DNA of 37,117 nucleotides from Nemertoderma westbladi (lineage: Eukaryota; Animalia; Xenacoelomorpha): positions 1 to 37,117 of the forward strand of contig JAUCBJ010007784.1 of NCBI GenBank assembly GCA_032718475.1. Direction: 5' to 3'. The translations under genes and the position numbers were made by a program. Positions 1-10,881 of this stretch are shown piece by piece; within the stretch, counting starts at the first letter, position 1; each line of letters starts with the position of its first letter. A model generated the notes under the pieces. The model was not told where the DNA came from. It searched no databases and saw nothing but the letters and a program-made list of their open reading frames with translations.

Positions 1-675
1 TATTAAATTAATATTTAGGATGGGCACCGATTTATTCCAGAACTTGTCTGGGGACGTTAACCACTGATTCTAGAATTTGTCTTTCAAGTATATCGGTGGG
101 TGCCACGATATCTTAATCGACTAGAATTACAGATGGTCAAAAGTTTAACAGATTTATTTGCGATTTACGCTACTGTTAGAGGGACATCACGCTACTATAT
201 GTATTATTTGTTATAAGGTAGAAGAGCAATATCGCACGAAGCAATGTCAGTGTGAAGAGGCAAGTCGTTTCCAAGGTCTACCCAGAGCTTGGTTTAGCCG
301 AGACACGAGGATCTGAACTTTGCATTCCTAATACTCTGCCTACCAATAATACTTAAATATAGTAGTGGCTTTATTGTACTTTAAGAAGTACTGACATGTC
401 ATCTTACTATAGTCTCGCATTTATAATATAATACGGACAGTAAGGAAAGAGAAAATAATTACTTCTTGCCGTCGCACTAAATATATATTATAAGTAATTA
501 AGTACGTAATAAACGCTAATATATTGCACTAATCTACTAAATAATCACTAAAATAACATTCTACTAAATAAAATTAAAGAAAACGATTATAATAAAATTA
601 CATAATAATACATACATAAATATAAAATAAAAACAAATATAAAATGATATAGTCACACGCCCACTCCATATGTTA

Positions 676-2385
676 TTACGTTATGGAGTCCCTAGATATT
701 TGTCGGATTAGGGAAGTGGTCGTAGGAAGAGTCGCTTGCCTTCCATAGTTTCCGGACAGTTTTCGGTCTCTTTCCAGTAAACATAAACGACTAGCTGGGC
801 GATTGAGTGGTTGTGTTAGTTTCTCCGCTCCCTTGGCCTGTCTACTCTCCACCGTGGTAAGATGAGGAGGCCATTCTTCTTCTTCTTTACTTAAGAAGTC
901 GGATCCACCTAACCAGCCTGGAGTATCTATCAGTTCTTGAGGAGTTGCTCCTCTGGAAGCGATGTCGGCTGGATTAATCGTCCCAAGGCAATGTCTCCAT
1001 TGATCTACATTGGAGTTAATATCGTCATTATCTGAGGAGTATGGTGTTCCCTCAGTTGGGTCGTCCACATCACTGCTCTCCACTTCCCCCTTTACTTGGT
1101 ATACCTGTTGTTGAGGGAATCTCTCTTTGAGAGTTCTACGGGAAGGGCCAGTGAAGTACCAACCTACTCTAGTTCTTACCGCATAGGTTTGTAGTGGCTG
1201 TGGTTGAGCAGGCCGTTTCTCTAATGGCTCGAGCGCCTCATGCGCGTTTTGGCCGATGAGTATTTGCACTCCAGGATAATCGGTTTGGAATCGAGGTATC
1301 TCAAGATGTTGGATGCACTCGTCCTCGTCCCAGTTATAAGGTTCTGCTTGAGTAGTAGCAAAGTTCTTTATAGCCACCATTTTTACTGACCTTATACCTT
1401 GTGTTCCTAACTTATCCTGGGGGGTGGACAACACACCTACATAGTAATCTGCCGTTAGGGTAGATTTCCAAACCTGCATAATTCCTGACATATTCAATTT
1501 AGTCCGGAACTTGGGTTGTCCAGCAAAGATATCTTCGGCTAGTTCTTGATCGATGAATGTTCCTGTGCTGCCGGAGTCAAGTAGGGCGTTCACTATGTAA
1601 CTCTTGTTGGGACCATGAACTCGAACTTGCACTACAGGAAATTCTCTTATTCCTATGTTGGAAGTTGGAACTTTCCAAGATGGTTGTTTGTCAAAAGGAG
1701 TTGGAGTAAACTCGTCAGTGTCCTTTTCATCCGTAAGTGCTCGATACACTGTGGTATTTATTAGATAACAGGATTCGTTGGCATCGGAGAATTCGTCTGT
1801 ATAGAATCCTTCCCACTCAGAACCTTGGTCAGTGTCGTTCACATCACTGAATTGGACATGTAGTTCGGGCTCACTTACCTGACCCGGGTTGTCTCGTTCG
1901 AACTCACTGTGTAACAAAATGTGATGTTTCGCGCCACACTTTGCACACTTTGCGTCGGAGTAACAGGTTCGCCGTTGGTGTCCTGATCTGAGGCAATTAT
2001 AGCATAACCGCTTATTCCACAGGACTGTACGTCTGTCTACAGGGGATTTCTTTAGAAATTCAGCACACGCACTCAAACGGTGAGGCCCGTCGCACAGCGC
2101 ACATTTTGGTTTGATGTTACTCACCTTAACTTGGTTAACGTTATGCACTCTCGTTCTTTCTTCGGGCTTTCTTCCGTGAATTCTCTTAGGAGACGTAGGA
2201 GGAGTTGTTGTTACCTGTTCTCTCCTGTCACTGGTTCGAGACTTGTATTTACTTACGTCTTTATAGGTCTTGTTGTCATAGTAAGATTTTGCTGTGTCTT
2301 TCCCGCTGTCCTCTTCTTGAGAAGCTTGGCTTTCGCCGTCGTCAGTATAACACACCGGTGTTACCCTTCTCCTGGAAGTGGGTTT
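676..2385 (-). CDS. Continuation of gag-pol: three zinc knuckles, aspartic protease, and fused RNase H and integrase remnants (RT and IN core missing)
   Basis: CALCDGPHRLSAC, CYNCLRSGHQRRTC, CAKCGAKHHILLH; LLDSGS (1567-1584); ILIG; RTRVGWYFTG; QWRHCLGTINPADIASRG (from 1002); RPASRLCLLE (772-801); no YxDD or DDE motifs. Confidence 0.85.
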   Translation of the reverse strand, partial: KPTSRRRVTPVCYTDDGESQASQEEDSGKDTAKSYYDNKTYKDVSKYKSRTSDRREQVTTTPPTSPKRIHGRKPEERTRVHNVNQVKVSNIKPKCALCDGPHRLSACAEFLKKSPVDRRTVLWNKRLCYNCLRSGHQRRTCYSDAKCAKCGAKHHILLHSEFERDNPGQVSEPELHVQFSDVNDTDQGSEWEGFYTDEFSDANESCYLINTTVYRALTDEKDTDEFTPTPFDKQPSWKVPTSNIGIREFPVVQVRVHGPNKSYIVNALLDSGSTGTFIDQELAEDIFAGQPKFRTKLNMSGIMQVWKSTLTADYYVGVLSTPQDKLGTQGIRSVKMVAIKNFATTQAEPYNWDEDECIQHLEIPRFQTDYPGVQILIGQNAHEALEPLEKRPAQPQPLQTYAVRTRVGWYFTGPSRRTLKERFPQQQVYQVKGEVESSDVDDPTEGTPYSSDNDDINSNVDQWRHCLGTINPADIASRGATPQELIDTPGWLGGSDFLSKEEEEWPPHLTTVESRQAKGAEKLTQPLNRPASRLCLLERDRKLSGNYGRQATLPTTTSLIRQISRDSIT

Positions 2386-5337
2386 CTAACTTACCTTATT
2401 TTCCGATGTTTTCTCTCTGGCTTGCTTGATGAGTTGTAGTCTGACTTCACCATCCAAGAACGACATGAGATCAGCCATGGTGGGACTTCGTCGTTGTTGA
2501 TCATTCATGTACAACACTTTCTTGTCCCAGCGTGTACATACTCCACCCTTTGGTAAAGTAGAGACTACGGCTCCAATAACCATGGAACTCTGGTATTCGT
2601 GTGACTTACCTAACCAGTCCAGTTGTCTACAGATCTCTTGTATTTCATCGGAAAACTCTATAATCCCACTACTAAGGAAGTGTCGGGGGGCTACCAATTT
2701 TGTATATAAATACTTAGCTATGTTATCTTTATTACCATACCTGATGTTTAATGTATCCCAAACTTGTCTTAATCCATCTGGATGTCCAATAAACTTTAAC
2801 GCCATTAACTTGGGAGGTCCTTCCAAACACTTGATGAGGAATCTAAGTTTCTCTCCGTTAGATAGTACAGAGTTCTGTATGCTATCTTTGTAATATTCGT
2901 TGAAAGGTAACCATTTCATCTCATCTCCATTGAATTTGACGATCTCTCCCACTTTGACCGCTTGGCGGGCTTCTGTTCTAGCCATCTGACGCGTAAAGCT
3001 TTCTTGGGCCATCGTGTTATTTAATATCGAATTATCGGTATACAAATTTCTCGGATCATTATCAGGTCTATAGGGAATATCATTAATAACAGGTCTATAA
3101 TCACCCTTAATAGGGTTTGCTATAGGAGTTTCAACTTCACTAGCAGTATAGATGCGTGTAGGCTCCACACCTTGCGCATGTAATACTTCAGACCTAACGG
3201 GTTGACACAATGTTACAGGGGGCATTGGTATGCCTTTTTGTATATTGACTAATTTGTCGCGTTCTAGCGCGATACTTTGCTGCACTTCTTGCAACTCGGC
3301 TCTACTTTCCCTCACCGTTCCCTTAAGTTGGTGGACAGTCTCCTGCATCTGTCCTAACAGGAGATTCATCCCCCGCCGTCCCTCTTCCACCCACTCAACC
3401 GCCGAAGCGGGAGTCGCCAACATAGTAGCGGGCTGACGCGGGACGACGGGAGACAAATTATTGATTTCTCTCTCTGCTATCTGGACAGGGGTGTTTGCAT
3501 GGGCTGTTCCACCGGGTACAGGCAGTGTAGTGCTATGTAAAGGGAATTTAGAGTTAAGCTCTGGAAGTGTAGGGGTCTCTAGCACAGAAGTGACTTTGGG
3601 AATTACAGGCCTAATTATTTCAGGTTCATCGACTATAGTAGGGAGTCTTTTGACCTGGATAAATTGTTCTATAGGTTCTGCACTACCTAAATTTGTGCTA
3701 GTTAGCTGTCTTTTAACAGCTGGGGGCAAATCAGGCAATTTACGACGGTAATATGTTTTTCTACGCCTACTTAGATGAGATCTATCTCCTCCGCCTTCAG
3801 GGTCGGTAGTATCGCCTTCCTCCGATGATGTGTACCCCTGGCGTTTGGGAGTAGATTTTCTCATCATCTGCATTTGATTAGCAGTAAACTGTTTAGTTAT
3901 ACTGTCTTGTGTCTCTTGCAGATTCTCCAACTCCAGTTGGGTAGTCTGCTCAGATGCTCTCCTTTCTACTTCTGCCACTGCCTTCGCTGCCTTTCTTTCG
4001 GCTTCTGCTTCCGCCGCCTTTGTCTTTCTTTCGGCTTCTGCATCTGCCGCCGCTGCCCTTGCTGCTATTCTTTCTGCTTCTGCTTCTGCTGCTTTTGCCT
4101 TTCTTTCGGCTTCTGCATCTGCCATAACCGCCGCCATATCCGCCGCCTTTTGTTCCTCTATCCTTCTTTTCTTTATTTGTTCTTCTCGGACTCTAGTGAG
4201 GCGGAGTTTTTCATCACATTCAGCTTGGTTTGCAGCTAACATTTCGGTATCGATCGCGTCCAATATAAGCTTGGTTCCTTCACTATTAGGGGAAAGTCCA
4301 TGTAGCCGTCTCCTCAACTCTTCGTCTCCTAGGAATCGCTGATAGTCGGACAAATAAATGTCGATAGCGTCTCTAGTTCGCGGTTTCTCGGCGGCCTCTT
4401 CGCTTTCCTCTTGAGTAAGGGTGACATCAGTTGGTTCGGTGACATCAGTTGGTTCCTCATAGATTGATCTCTCAGCCAGCTGGGATTTCCACTGGGCTGT
4501 TTCCTGTACTTTGCGATCTACTCGATGTAGCCAAGTTTTGACAGCAACCTGCAGCGATGTGTCCTGTCTTCTTTTGGAAGTTTCCTCAAAGGCTGAGAGG
4601 ATTAGTCGAATGCGTAGGGTTCTTTCGCGTATTTGATATAGCAGTTCTTCCTGCTCTTGAGGTCCGTGAGGTTGTCGAAACAGCTGCCCTTCCAATCGCT
4701 CCAAGGATTCGAAGAATCCCTGCACATATCCTGCTGCCGACCTCTTCCAAACAGCTGGATCCATTGTATCTTGAGCCACTCCCATCCTGTGTATATCTTC
4801 CCAAGTAGCCTCAGACAGGTCCAACGGGAGTCCGAGTCCGGGAAAGTTCCATTGTGATTCAACAATAGATATCAATTCTTCCCTGGCGTATCCCGCGTAA
4901 TCATCTTGGGTCGCTTGCTTATTCTTCGCCCAGTCGGCTTGATGTTCTTCCACCGCAATGAGTATAGTAGTCAGCACTGTAGCAGGAAGAGTAAGAAGGG
5001 GGTCCGAGTAGACTGTATCAGCCATCTGCACTCCATGTTCGGGAGTCAACTCTACAGTGTCCGAACTGCTGGAGCTATCTGGTCTCTGGGAAGTAGGTTC
5101 TTGACCAAGATGTTGCTGCGATAGGACAGCTGCCTCTTGGTCCCGTTTTACCTGTGCCCGAGTGCCTATGATGGACCTATGGTGGACTAGCCTAGGGTCT
5201 GATACTACTGGAGGGATGACCTTTTTTACAGTAGGAGGTGAGCCGAACTTCTCTTTTATTCGCTCCACACTCCTATCTGAATCACAGATAGTGGTCTCGA
5301 TCAGACTGTCCGACAGGTTTTGCTGAGTGTCAGACAT
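2386..5337 (-). CDS. gag: BEL/Pao Gag N-terminal and capsid region (983 aa), ends at a single in-frame TAG
   Basis: Long Ala/Glu/Arg coiled-coil, then IVKFNGDEMKWLPF...LSNGEKLRFLIKCLEGPP...LNIRYGN, typical of the Pao gag (DUF1759-like) domain; same frame as ORF 676-2355. Confidence 0.85.
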   Translation of the reverse strand: MSDTQQNLSDSLIETTICDSDRSVERIKEKFGSPPTVKKVIPPVVSDPRLVHHRSIIGTRAQVKRDQEAAVLSQQHLGQEPTSQRPDSSSSSDTVELTPEHGVQMADTVYSDPLLTLPATVLTTILIAVEEHQADWAKNKQATQDDYAGYAREELISIVESQWNFPGLGLPLDLSEATWEDIHRMGVAQDTMDPAVWKRSAAGYVQGFFESLERLEGQLFRQPHGPQEQEELLYQIRERTLRIRLILSAFEETSKRRQDTSLQVAVKTWLHRVDRKVQETAQWKSQLAERSIYEEPTDVTEPTDVTLTQEESEEAAEKPRTRDAIDIYLSDYQRFLGDEELRRRLHGLSPNSEGTKLILDAIDTEMLAANQAECDEKLRLTRVREEQIKKRRIEEQKAADMAAVMADAEAERKAKAAEAEAERIAARAAAADAEAERKTKAAEAEAERKAAKAVAEVERRASEQTTQLELENLQETQDSITKQFTANQMQMMRKSTPKRQGYTSSEEGDTTDPEGGGDRSHLSRRRKTYYRRKLPDLPPAVKRQLTSTNLGSAEPIEQFIQVKRLPTIVDEPEIIRPVIPKVTSVLETPTLPELNSKFPLHSTTLPVPGGTAHANTPVQIAEREINNLSPVVPRQPATMLATPASAVEWVEEGRRGMNLLLGQMQETVHQLKGTVRESRAELQEVQQSIALERDKLVNIQKGIPMPPVTLCQPVRSEVLHAQGVEPTRIYTASEVETPIANPIKGDYRPVINDIPYRPDNDPRNLYTDNSILNNTMAQESFTRQMARTEARQAVKVGEIVKFNGDEMKWLPFNEYYKDSIQNSVLSNGEKLRFLIKCLEGPPKLMALKFIGHPDGLRQVWDTLNIRYGNKDNIAKYLYTKLVAPRHFLSSGIIEFSDEIQEICRQLDWLGKSHEYQSSMVIGAVVSTLPKGGVCTRWDKKVLYMNDQQRRSPTMADLMSFLDGEVRLQLIKQAREKTSENKVS

Positions 5338-5419
5338 GTTTAGTTATACAGTTGAATGTCTACTACTATAGTTTCAGTTAAAGCAAGTCTAGTAATTCAG
5401 TATGACCGCAAGCCTAGCG

Positions 5420-5720
5420 ATTTATTACCGGTACCGTTACTCAGTGGAACGTGATATATATACAATATATTAGAATACCGGTATGCTTATAATATATAAG
5501 TATTATTACAGACTAGATTTGTCACAGAGTACCGGTATATAATTTTAGCACAAATATATATATATATATGGTAGGCCTATAATGAATACCGGTATACAGC
5601 TTACACTTATAGTATATAAGTATAATTCTGGACTAGAATTAATTACAGATTACCGGTATGATTTCAGCTCAAATTTATAGAAATAAATATAATAAGCCTA
5701 TTGTAAGTACCGGTATGTCA
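5420..5720. repeat. Degenerate ~110-120 bp tandem repeat rich in TACCGGTA palindromes in the element A leader
   Basis: gaataccggtat...tatataagtat...gactaga...acaga.taccggtat occurs twice (about 5474 and 5584); six TACCGGTA in 300 bp. Confidence 0.65.
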
Positions 5721-6696
5721 ATTATTTTTAGAATAATTGAATTTCTGAATATTTTAGGGCTACTTGGTTACTTTAACTTACTTTGTTACCGTTATTTAAG
5801 CAGTAGTCCAACTGATAGTGAGACCTAGTTTTGTATGACAGGCCTACTATTTATAAATCGTTTGATTTGATTTATAATATTTATATACCCGTTATATGGG
5901 TTTTTTTCTATATTTGAAATAAATGTTATTATTTCTGGGGTTCACTACACAGAAACTGAACGCCTCTCAGTGAAGTGCTATTTATTTGACACTAAAACTG
6001 ATAATTCTAATTTACCTAAGTTACTTAATACTACAAATTACTTACGATACGGGTGAGATTAATTCTCTAATTAAACACAACAAAATATTACGTACAAAGC
6101 TTTTTAGGGTAATTTTACAGGAAGTCTACAAACCAGTCCAACAAAGGGTTAGATTTCTGGTTATTATCAAGGGACAGGGTACTACGGTATTTAAATAATA
6201 AGTAGTAGTAAATATATTGTACTGTCCAGATAGGAAAATACCACCGCCTGACGACCTATAACCGTATCGCTATAGGTACAACGTTATGTATCACGGATTG
6301 TTCCTACCCAGAAGCTAATAGAGCTAACGAATGTGCCTATCAACCACTTTACAACACAGATATACTGCCTACACTAATTACTTCGGATAGCACTGTACAC
6401 TAAACCCTAAATTAGGTACAAGTACCGGTATAACAAATAATCAGTAGTTAAATATACTTGAACAGTTAAAAGAACCACGGCATCTGCTGGAGTGACCGAA
6501 GCACAAAGTCGTCAGTCTTTACCTACGCCAAGCAGCCCTGATGTAGTACCGGGGTTAGTTTAACTATAACGGTATGTATAACAAGCACAATTACTGTAGG
6601 AATAAACTTGGGGACATGAATGTTGCGAATAATCGCATAAACTCTGAATAATAAATATTACGCTACCCGTACAGAATACTCAAACAAATACAAACC

Positions 6697-7212
6697 AAAA
6701 CGCTGGCAGACTACTATTAAGCCTAAACAAACTACTGTATGTGCAGATTCTGAAACTGTTAGTTAGTATGCGTTCTAACACGGTAGTACGACTTACTCTT
6801 TAAGAGGGGATTGACCTTACCGCTTATGGCTGCCCCAACTTACTAACGGCACTTGATCAGACCAACTCTACACACGCAGCAATCCCTTCAGACCTAAAAA
6901 TAGCTAGACAACAATCCAGCCTACAAATATTTGAGTAATAACTATTACGGTACCTGAACAGACCACACAAACAAACACAGGCTAAAACACTGGCAGACTA
7001 CGATCAAGCCTAAATAAACTACAGTATATGCAGACTCTGAAACTGTTAGTTAGTATGCGTGCTAACACGGTAGTACGACTTATTCTTTAAGAGGGGATTG
7101 ACCTTACCGCTTATGGCTGCCCCAACTTACTAACGGCACTTTATCAGACAAACTCTACACACGCCGTAATCTCTCCAAACCCAACCACAGTCAGACAGCA
7201 GCTCAGCCTACA
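6697..7212. repeat. Direct duplication with 287-bp period in the element A leader
   Basis: aaaac(g/a)ctggcagactac...ctgaaactgttagttagtatgcg...gaggggattgaccttaccgcttatggctgccccaacttactaacggcactt starting at 6697 and 6984. Confidence 0.9.
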
Positions 7213-7474
7213 ATTATCTGAACAATCTGAGCAGGGTCACACGCCTTCTGCTCAATATTAGCCTACTAGTAAATAAAACCAACAGAAATAAGTAGAATCT
7301 CAAATAAAAAATCAGGGCGGCCGTTCCCTGATTAAGTACCAAGACCTACCGGTATACAACAATCAAAATCGAATAATACTAATGTACTTGTACAGCAGTA
7401 CCGGTACCGGTGATGACAGTTAGGCCTACTGACCTACAAAGTACCGGTTCAGTTTTACCGGTCACTACGGTATT

Positions 7475-7671
7475 TTGCAACCCTATTGCCTACTGCAATA
7501 AGATTGTAAACCGTTACTGTTCGCCAGAACAGTATTAAACTGTATTTAATGCCTACACTTGCAACCTTATTGCCTACTGCAATAAGATTATAAACTGTTA
7601 CTGTTCGACAGAACAGTATTAAACTGTATTTAATGCTTACACTGCAATACAAAGTAAACTGTTACTGTTCG
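7475..7671. repeat. ~84-bp tandem repeat that reiterates the LTR-end/PBS junction of element A
   Basis: taaac(c/t)gttactgttcg at 7507, 7591 and 7655. Confidence 0.85.
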
Positions 7672-8711
7672 CGCTTTTGAAGACCTTTAGCAGTTTAACC
7701 TGCCAAAATTTATGTGTCTTCTAGTTAATTAAAACCACTTTAGCATACGACAATAATTTATGCTAATACGCAAAACACTAGCCGAAGTCAGCCCATGCGC
7801 GATCATTCACCCGATGGATCTACACCCGGGAGACTGAATTCGGATGCTTGAATTGTATTATTACAGTGTAAGGTTGCAGTGTATACCTAATGTATTATTC
7901 GATAGATCGTTAATAATTAATCTCTGACAGATATTATTGGCTTTCGGGAAATATTAACAGTTCCTTTAGGACGTGGCGCTTTATCTATTTAAACAGAACT
8001 AAGACTTATACTAAAACGCAACGATACTGCTTATGATTAAAGTATAAAGCGTATTCTTTAGGAAATACTTTGTTACCAATAACAATCATACACACTATTC
8101 TGCCGACAGTCAGTACATTTGATCACACATAAAGAGAGCAGTAATTGACTCACGTAGGGTCTGCTAAATAACATTGGATTCAATACACACCACATTAATA
8201 TAAATCGCAATTGTTATGTATAGCCGGTCTCTCTAACCTGTAGTGTTATCAAGAAAATTGGGAATTGGGTGATTTGTCCGTATTATCCAAATAGCAATAT
8301 TTCCATCAACAAATATTTACAATTAATAACTGACGGTAAAATAACAGTACAAACAATATGATTAGTTAAATCGATCGGTAGTTAGGTTAGTTAATGAGTG
8401 AGTTTAATTAGGTAACAGTTTATACTTTCGATAATTCAAGCAGTTTACGGTACAGCAGTATCTATCCAAAATGCCGGTGTTTCTGGCTTAGACAGCAATA
8501 ACAACAAAGTATCAAGCAAAAACAGTAAGACTGAACACACTCCTTATGATCGACTAAAAAGCTACACATCGACAGGAAAAATCGCTCTGATTGGCTCAAG
8601 CCAAACAAAGAACCACACATCTAATGGCTGTCTCCATGTCAGCAACCAGCTGTTAGATGTCGTAATATGAATCATCACGGCTAAGCTGTGAAAGGTGGTT
8701 GGTGCATTACA
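7666..8711 (-). repeat. Putative 5' LTR of element A (~1046 bp)
   Basis: Minus strand starts TGTAATGC (8711) and ends CGAACA (7666) followed by GTAA, the same junction as element C (CACA|GTAA); GCCAATCAG box near 8590. The partner LTR is outside the window, so boundaries are unconfirmed. Confidence 0.5.
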
Positions 8712-8885
8712 AGTTTTTTGTCTTACCATGTCCGCTAAAACACGTATATAGCAGAATGATTTTTATGTCCGTTAAAACACCTGTAAAGGTACCTTGCGGG
8801 CGAGGGGAATATATATACAGTTAGAAAACCTTTTGAGAGTATTCCAGCGTCTGGGGGGGAACTGGCCAGCAAGGGCAAACGTATC

Positions 8886-8985
8886 AGTTATCCCACAAAA
8901 GCTTTTACACCTTGGGCAGGAACACCCTCGGGCTTCGCCCTCGGGTTGTTTCCTGCCCGCGGGTTAAATAACTGGGAAAATAACT
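8886..8985. repeat. Imperfect foldback centred on GGGC-TTC-GCCC; probable end or core of a small non-autonomous element
   Basis: gggcaggaaca-ccc-tc-gggc-ttc-gccc-tc-ggg-t-tgtttcctgccc (8914-8958) with weaker outer arms. Confidence 0.55.
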
Positions 8986-9140
8986 AACTTCTGGGGAATA
9001 AGCATAGTTATTATAAAGTTATTACCTTTCAAAGGTTACACGACAGACCGACCGGCAGATAACGGGTTGCTATGCTCCGTTACCTCGTCTCTCACCCCAT
9101 ATCACATGAAATTTAACCAAATAATAAATTATTTTCTAAC

Positions 9141-9311
9141 CTGTATTAGAGTGTATGTCCCAATCAATGTGCGGAGGATGGTTATTTTCTAATCGGTAGT
9201 TCTCAACCTCGCAGCTGATAATGACATTGGAACCTTTATAAATAGCTGTGATAACAGGATTACGGGGATTCTCCATTACTATAGTGACGCGATGATCTCC
9301 GGTTATTTTAT
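9141..9311 (-). CDS. Host gene exon: N-terminal half of an Ig domain
   Basis: ttgcAG| ... |GTTAGA boundaries; 171 nt, phase 1-1, open: KITGDHRVTIVMENPRNPVITAIYKGSNVIISCEVENYRLENNHPPHIDWDIHSNT with Ig B-strand Cys and C-strand Trp. Confidence 0.75.
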
Positions 9312-10412
9312 CTGCAATCCAATATAGAAATATATTATTAGAATAATTAGGATGTCACATTATTTAGATTTAATGAACACTAATGAGTAATAAATGATAA
9401 TATATTTGAAATAAATCCAATGTGCAGTAGAGTCCATGTAATTCTCAATCAGAGTTCATTCTTTAATCTCAGTTTTAACTAATCTTGACACCTTCAATGA
9501 GCCTTCTATTTTCCAGCCAATAAGCAACCAGACTTCCAAGTATTCTGAGTGAATATGATATAGCCAGGAGTGTGAAGTAATAACCAGATGAGGCCTGAGT
9601 ATACAGTGTGACGACCAAACAAAGTTAGATACAACATATTGATAGAGCTAACAAAGTGCAATAATTACTGTAGAGGATATAAAACAGTAGGAACAATGTA
9701 TACGGTTTGAACGAAATGGATTATATTGGTTTGGGGTTTGGCATGGGGAGATGGGTAACTGACATTTTGGGAGTGTACATTTTTGAGGTTTTAACATTAG
9801 AGCGGTCAGATGTTTAGTAATTATTGCCAATATTGTGGTATATTTAATGTGGCAGGTTTAACATACGATTTATTCTTGGGTGTATTTCTACATTAAATAT
9901 GACCTCTCTCATATTACTTTATATTACATCTTATTGTGTATTATTGGTGTATACGTTATTTGCACCGTACGTGCAATAACTTCTATTGGTGAGAATAGTA
10001 GTTATTGAACTACAGTAGTAGTTATCAATATACACAGTACTGCAAGTCAAACTGAACCTTCTTATTAAATGACACTGCTTCCGGGGTCTACTACACATCC
10101 TCGACTGGTACAATCCGACAGCAGGTTCCCTGAACGAAACCGGAATTCTATTGGGAAAGGAGGTAGATATTCTACTAGGGAAGCACTGAAGAATCGGATA
10201 GGGTCTTTCGATAATCTCACCCCCATGACGAATTGAGAGACGAAAGATATTAAGTTATTTACTGTAGGTAATCTTCAACACCTTATATCAGCTATCTCCT
10301 CTGCCACGGTTTTTAGGTTCGCGTAGTGAGACCTCTAGTATTCACTCCATTGTTGTAGTTGTTAATTTCCAGTTAGGTTTTAGTTTTATAAGGCTTCTTA
10401 TAAGGCTTATTA

Positions 10413-10640
10413 AGTGCAGTGGCGAAATTGGTAGAGCATTGGACTTGGAATCGCTAGGTACCGTAGTAAAAGCCATTCAATGAGACAGTTCATGCGTTAG
10501 TAGACGCGATCCTTTCACTGATTTCCACTGATCCACAACATAATCTCCTGTGAGATTTGGCCTACATCTTCAAAATATTGAATTCAGATACTTACGGCGG
10601 GATGAATACATCATCCCACCCATATACAATGTGGGCTCGT
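10413..10640 (+). mobile_element. Degenerate tRNA-derived SINE-like fragment
   Basis: gcagTGGCGAAATTGGtagagcattggactt resembles a tRNA A-box/D-arm and anticodon stem; the B box is decayed; 3' boundary approximate. Confidence 0.4.
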
Positions 10641-10664
10641 ATTTACTTTTCCGCGGCCGTGTAC

Positions 10665-10757
10665 ACGAGGTCAAGGGTTGCATTCAACAATCCTGCTAGG
10701 CGATTATTTAAGTTTCCTCATAGGAGTAGTATGTCTGAGTTCTTTGGTGCTAATTAA
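10665..10757 (+). pseudogene. Short LINE ORF2 post-RT fragment
   Basis: RVAFNNPARRLFKFPHRSSMSEFF resembles the V(A)YNN..R.LF...R.S.S.MF segment downstream of RT in invertebrate LINEs. Confidence 0.45.
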
Positions 10758-10881
10758 TAATAATCTGCCTTGTTTTATTGACATAATTATTATTGACGAA
10801 TTATTATTTATTTTACCGGACCTGCAACCCGGATCTATGCCAACCACCTCTTAACTCCAGTAAACAAAACATCCTTCACCT

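Larger units (their letters stand above)
1..8711 (-). mobile_element. Element A: internally deleted (non-autonomous) BEL/Pao LTR retrotransposon; 3' LTR not in window
   Basis: BEL-type gag (KFNGD...W..F motif, three Cys/His knuckles), LLDSGS protease, RNase H remnant QWRH..NPADIASRG and integrase C-terminal remnant RPASRLCLLE. Candidate 5' LTR TGT(8711)...ACA(7666). Left boundary unknown. Confidence 0.85.

Noticed and set aside
1-657. 3' LTR of element A starting TGTGAC at 657
   Set aside because: I found no matching copy upstream of gag in the window; more likely an internal 3' region
9930-10330. Possible old LTR-element 3' end (GAGGA|TGTGTAGTAG on minus) or missing Ig exon
   Set aside because: No partner LTR, no coding motif and no YxC in an open spliceable frame
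10413-10490. Functional tRNA gene
   Set aside because: No intact T-arm/B box or acceptor stem; treated as a SINE remnant
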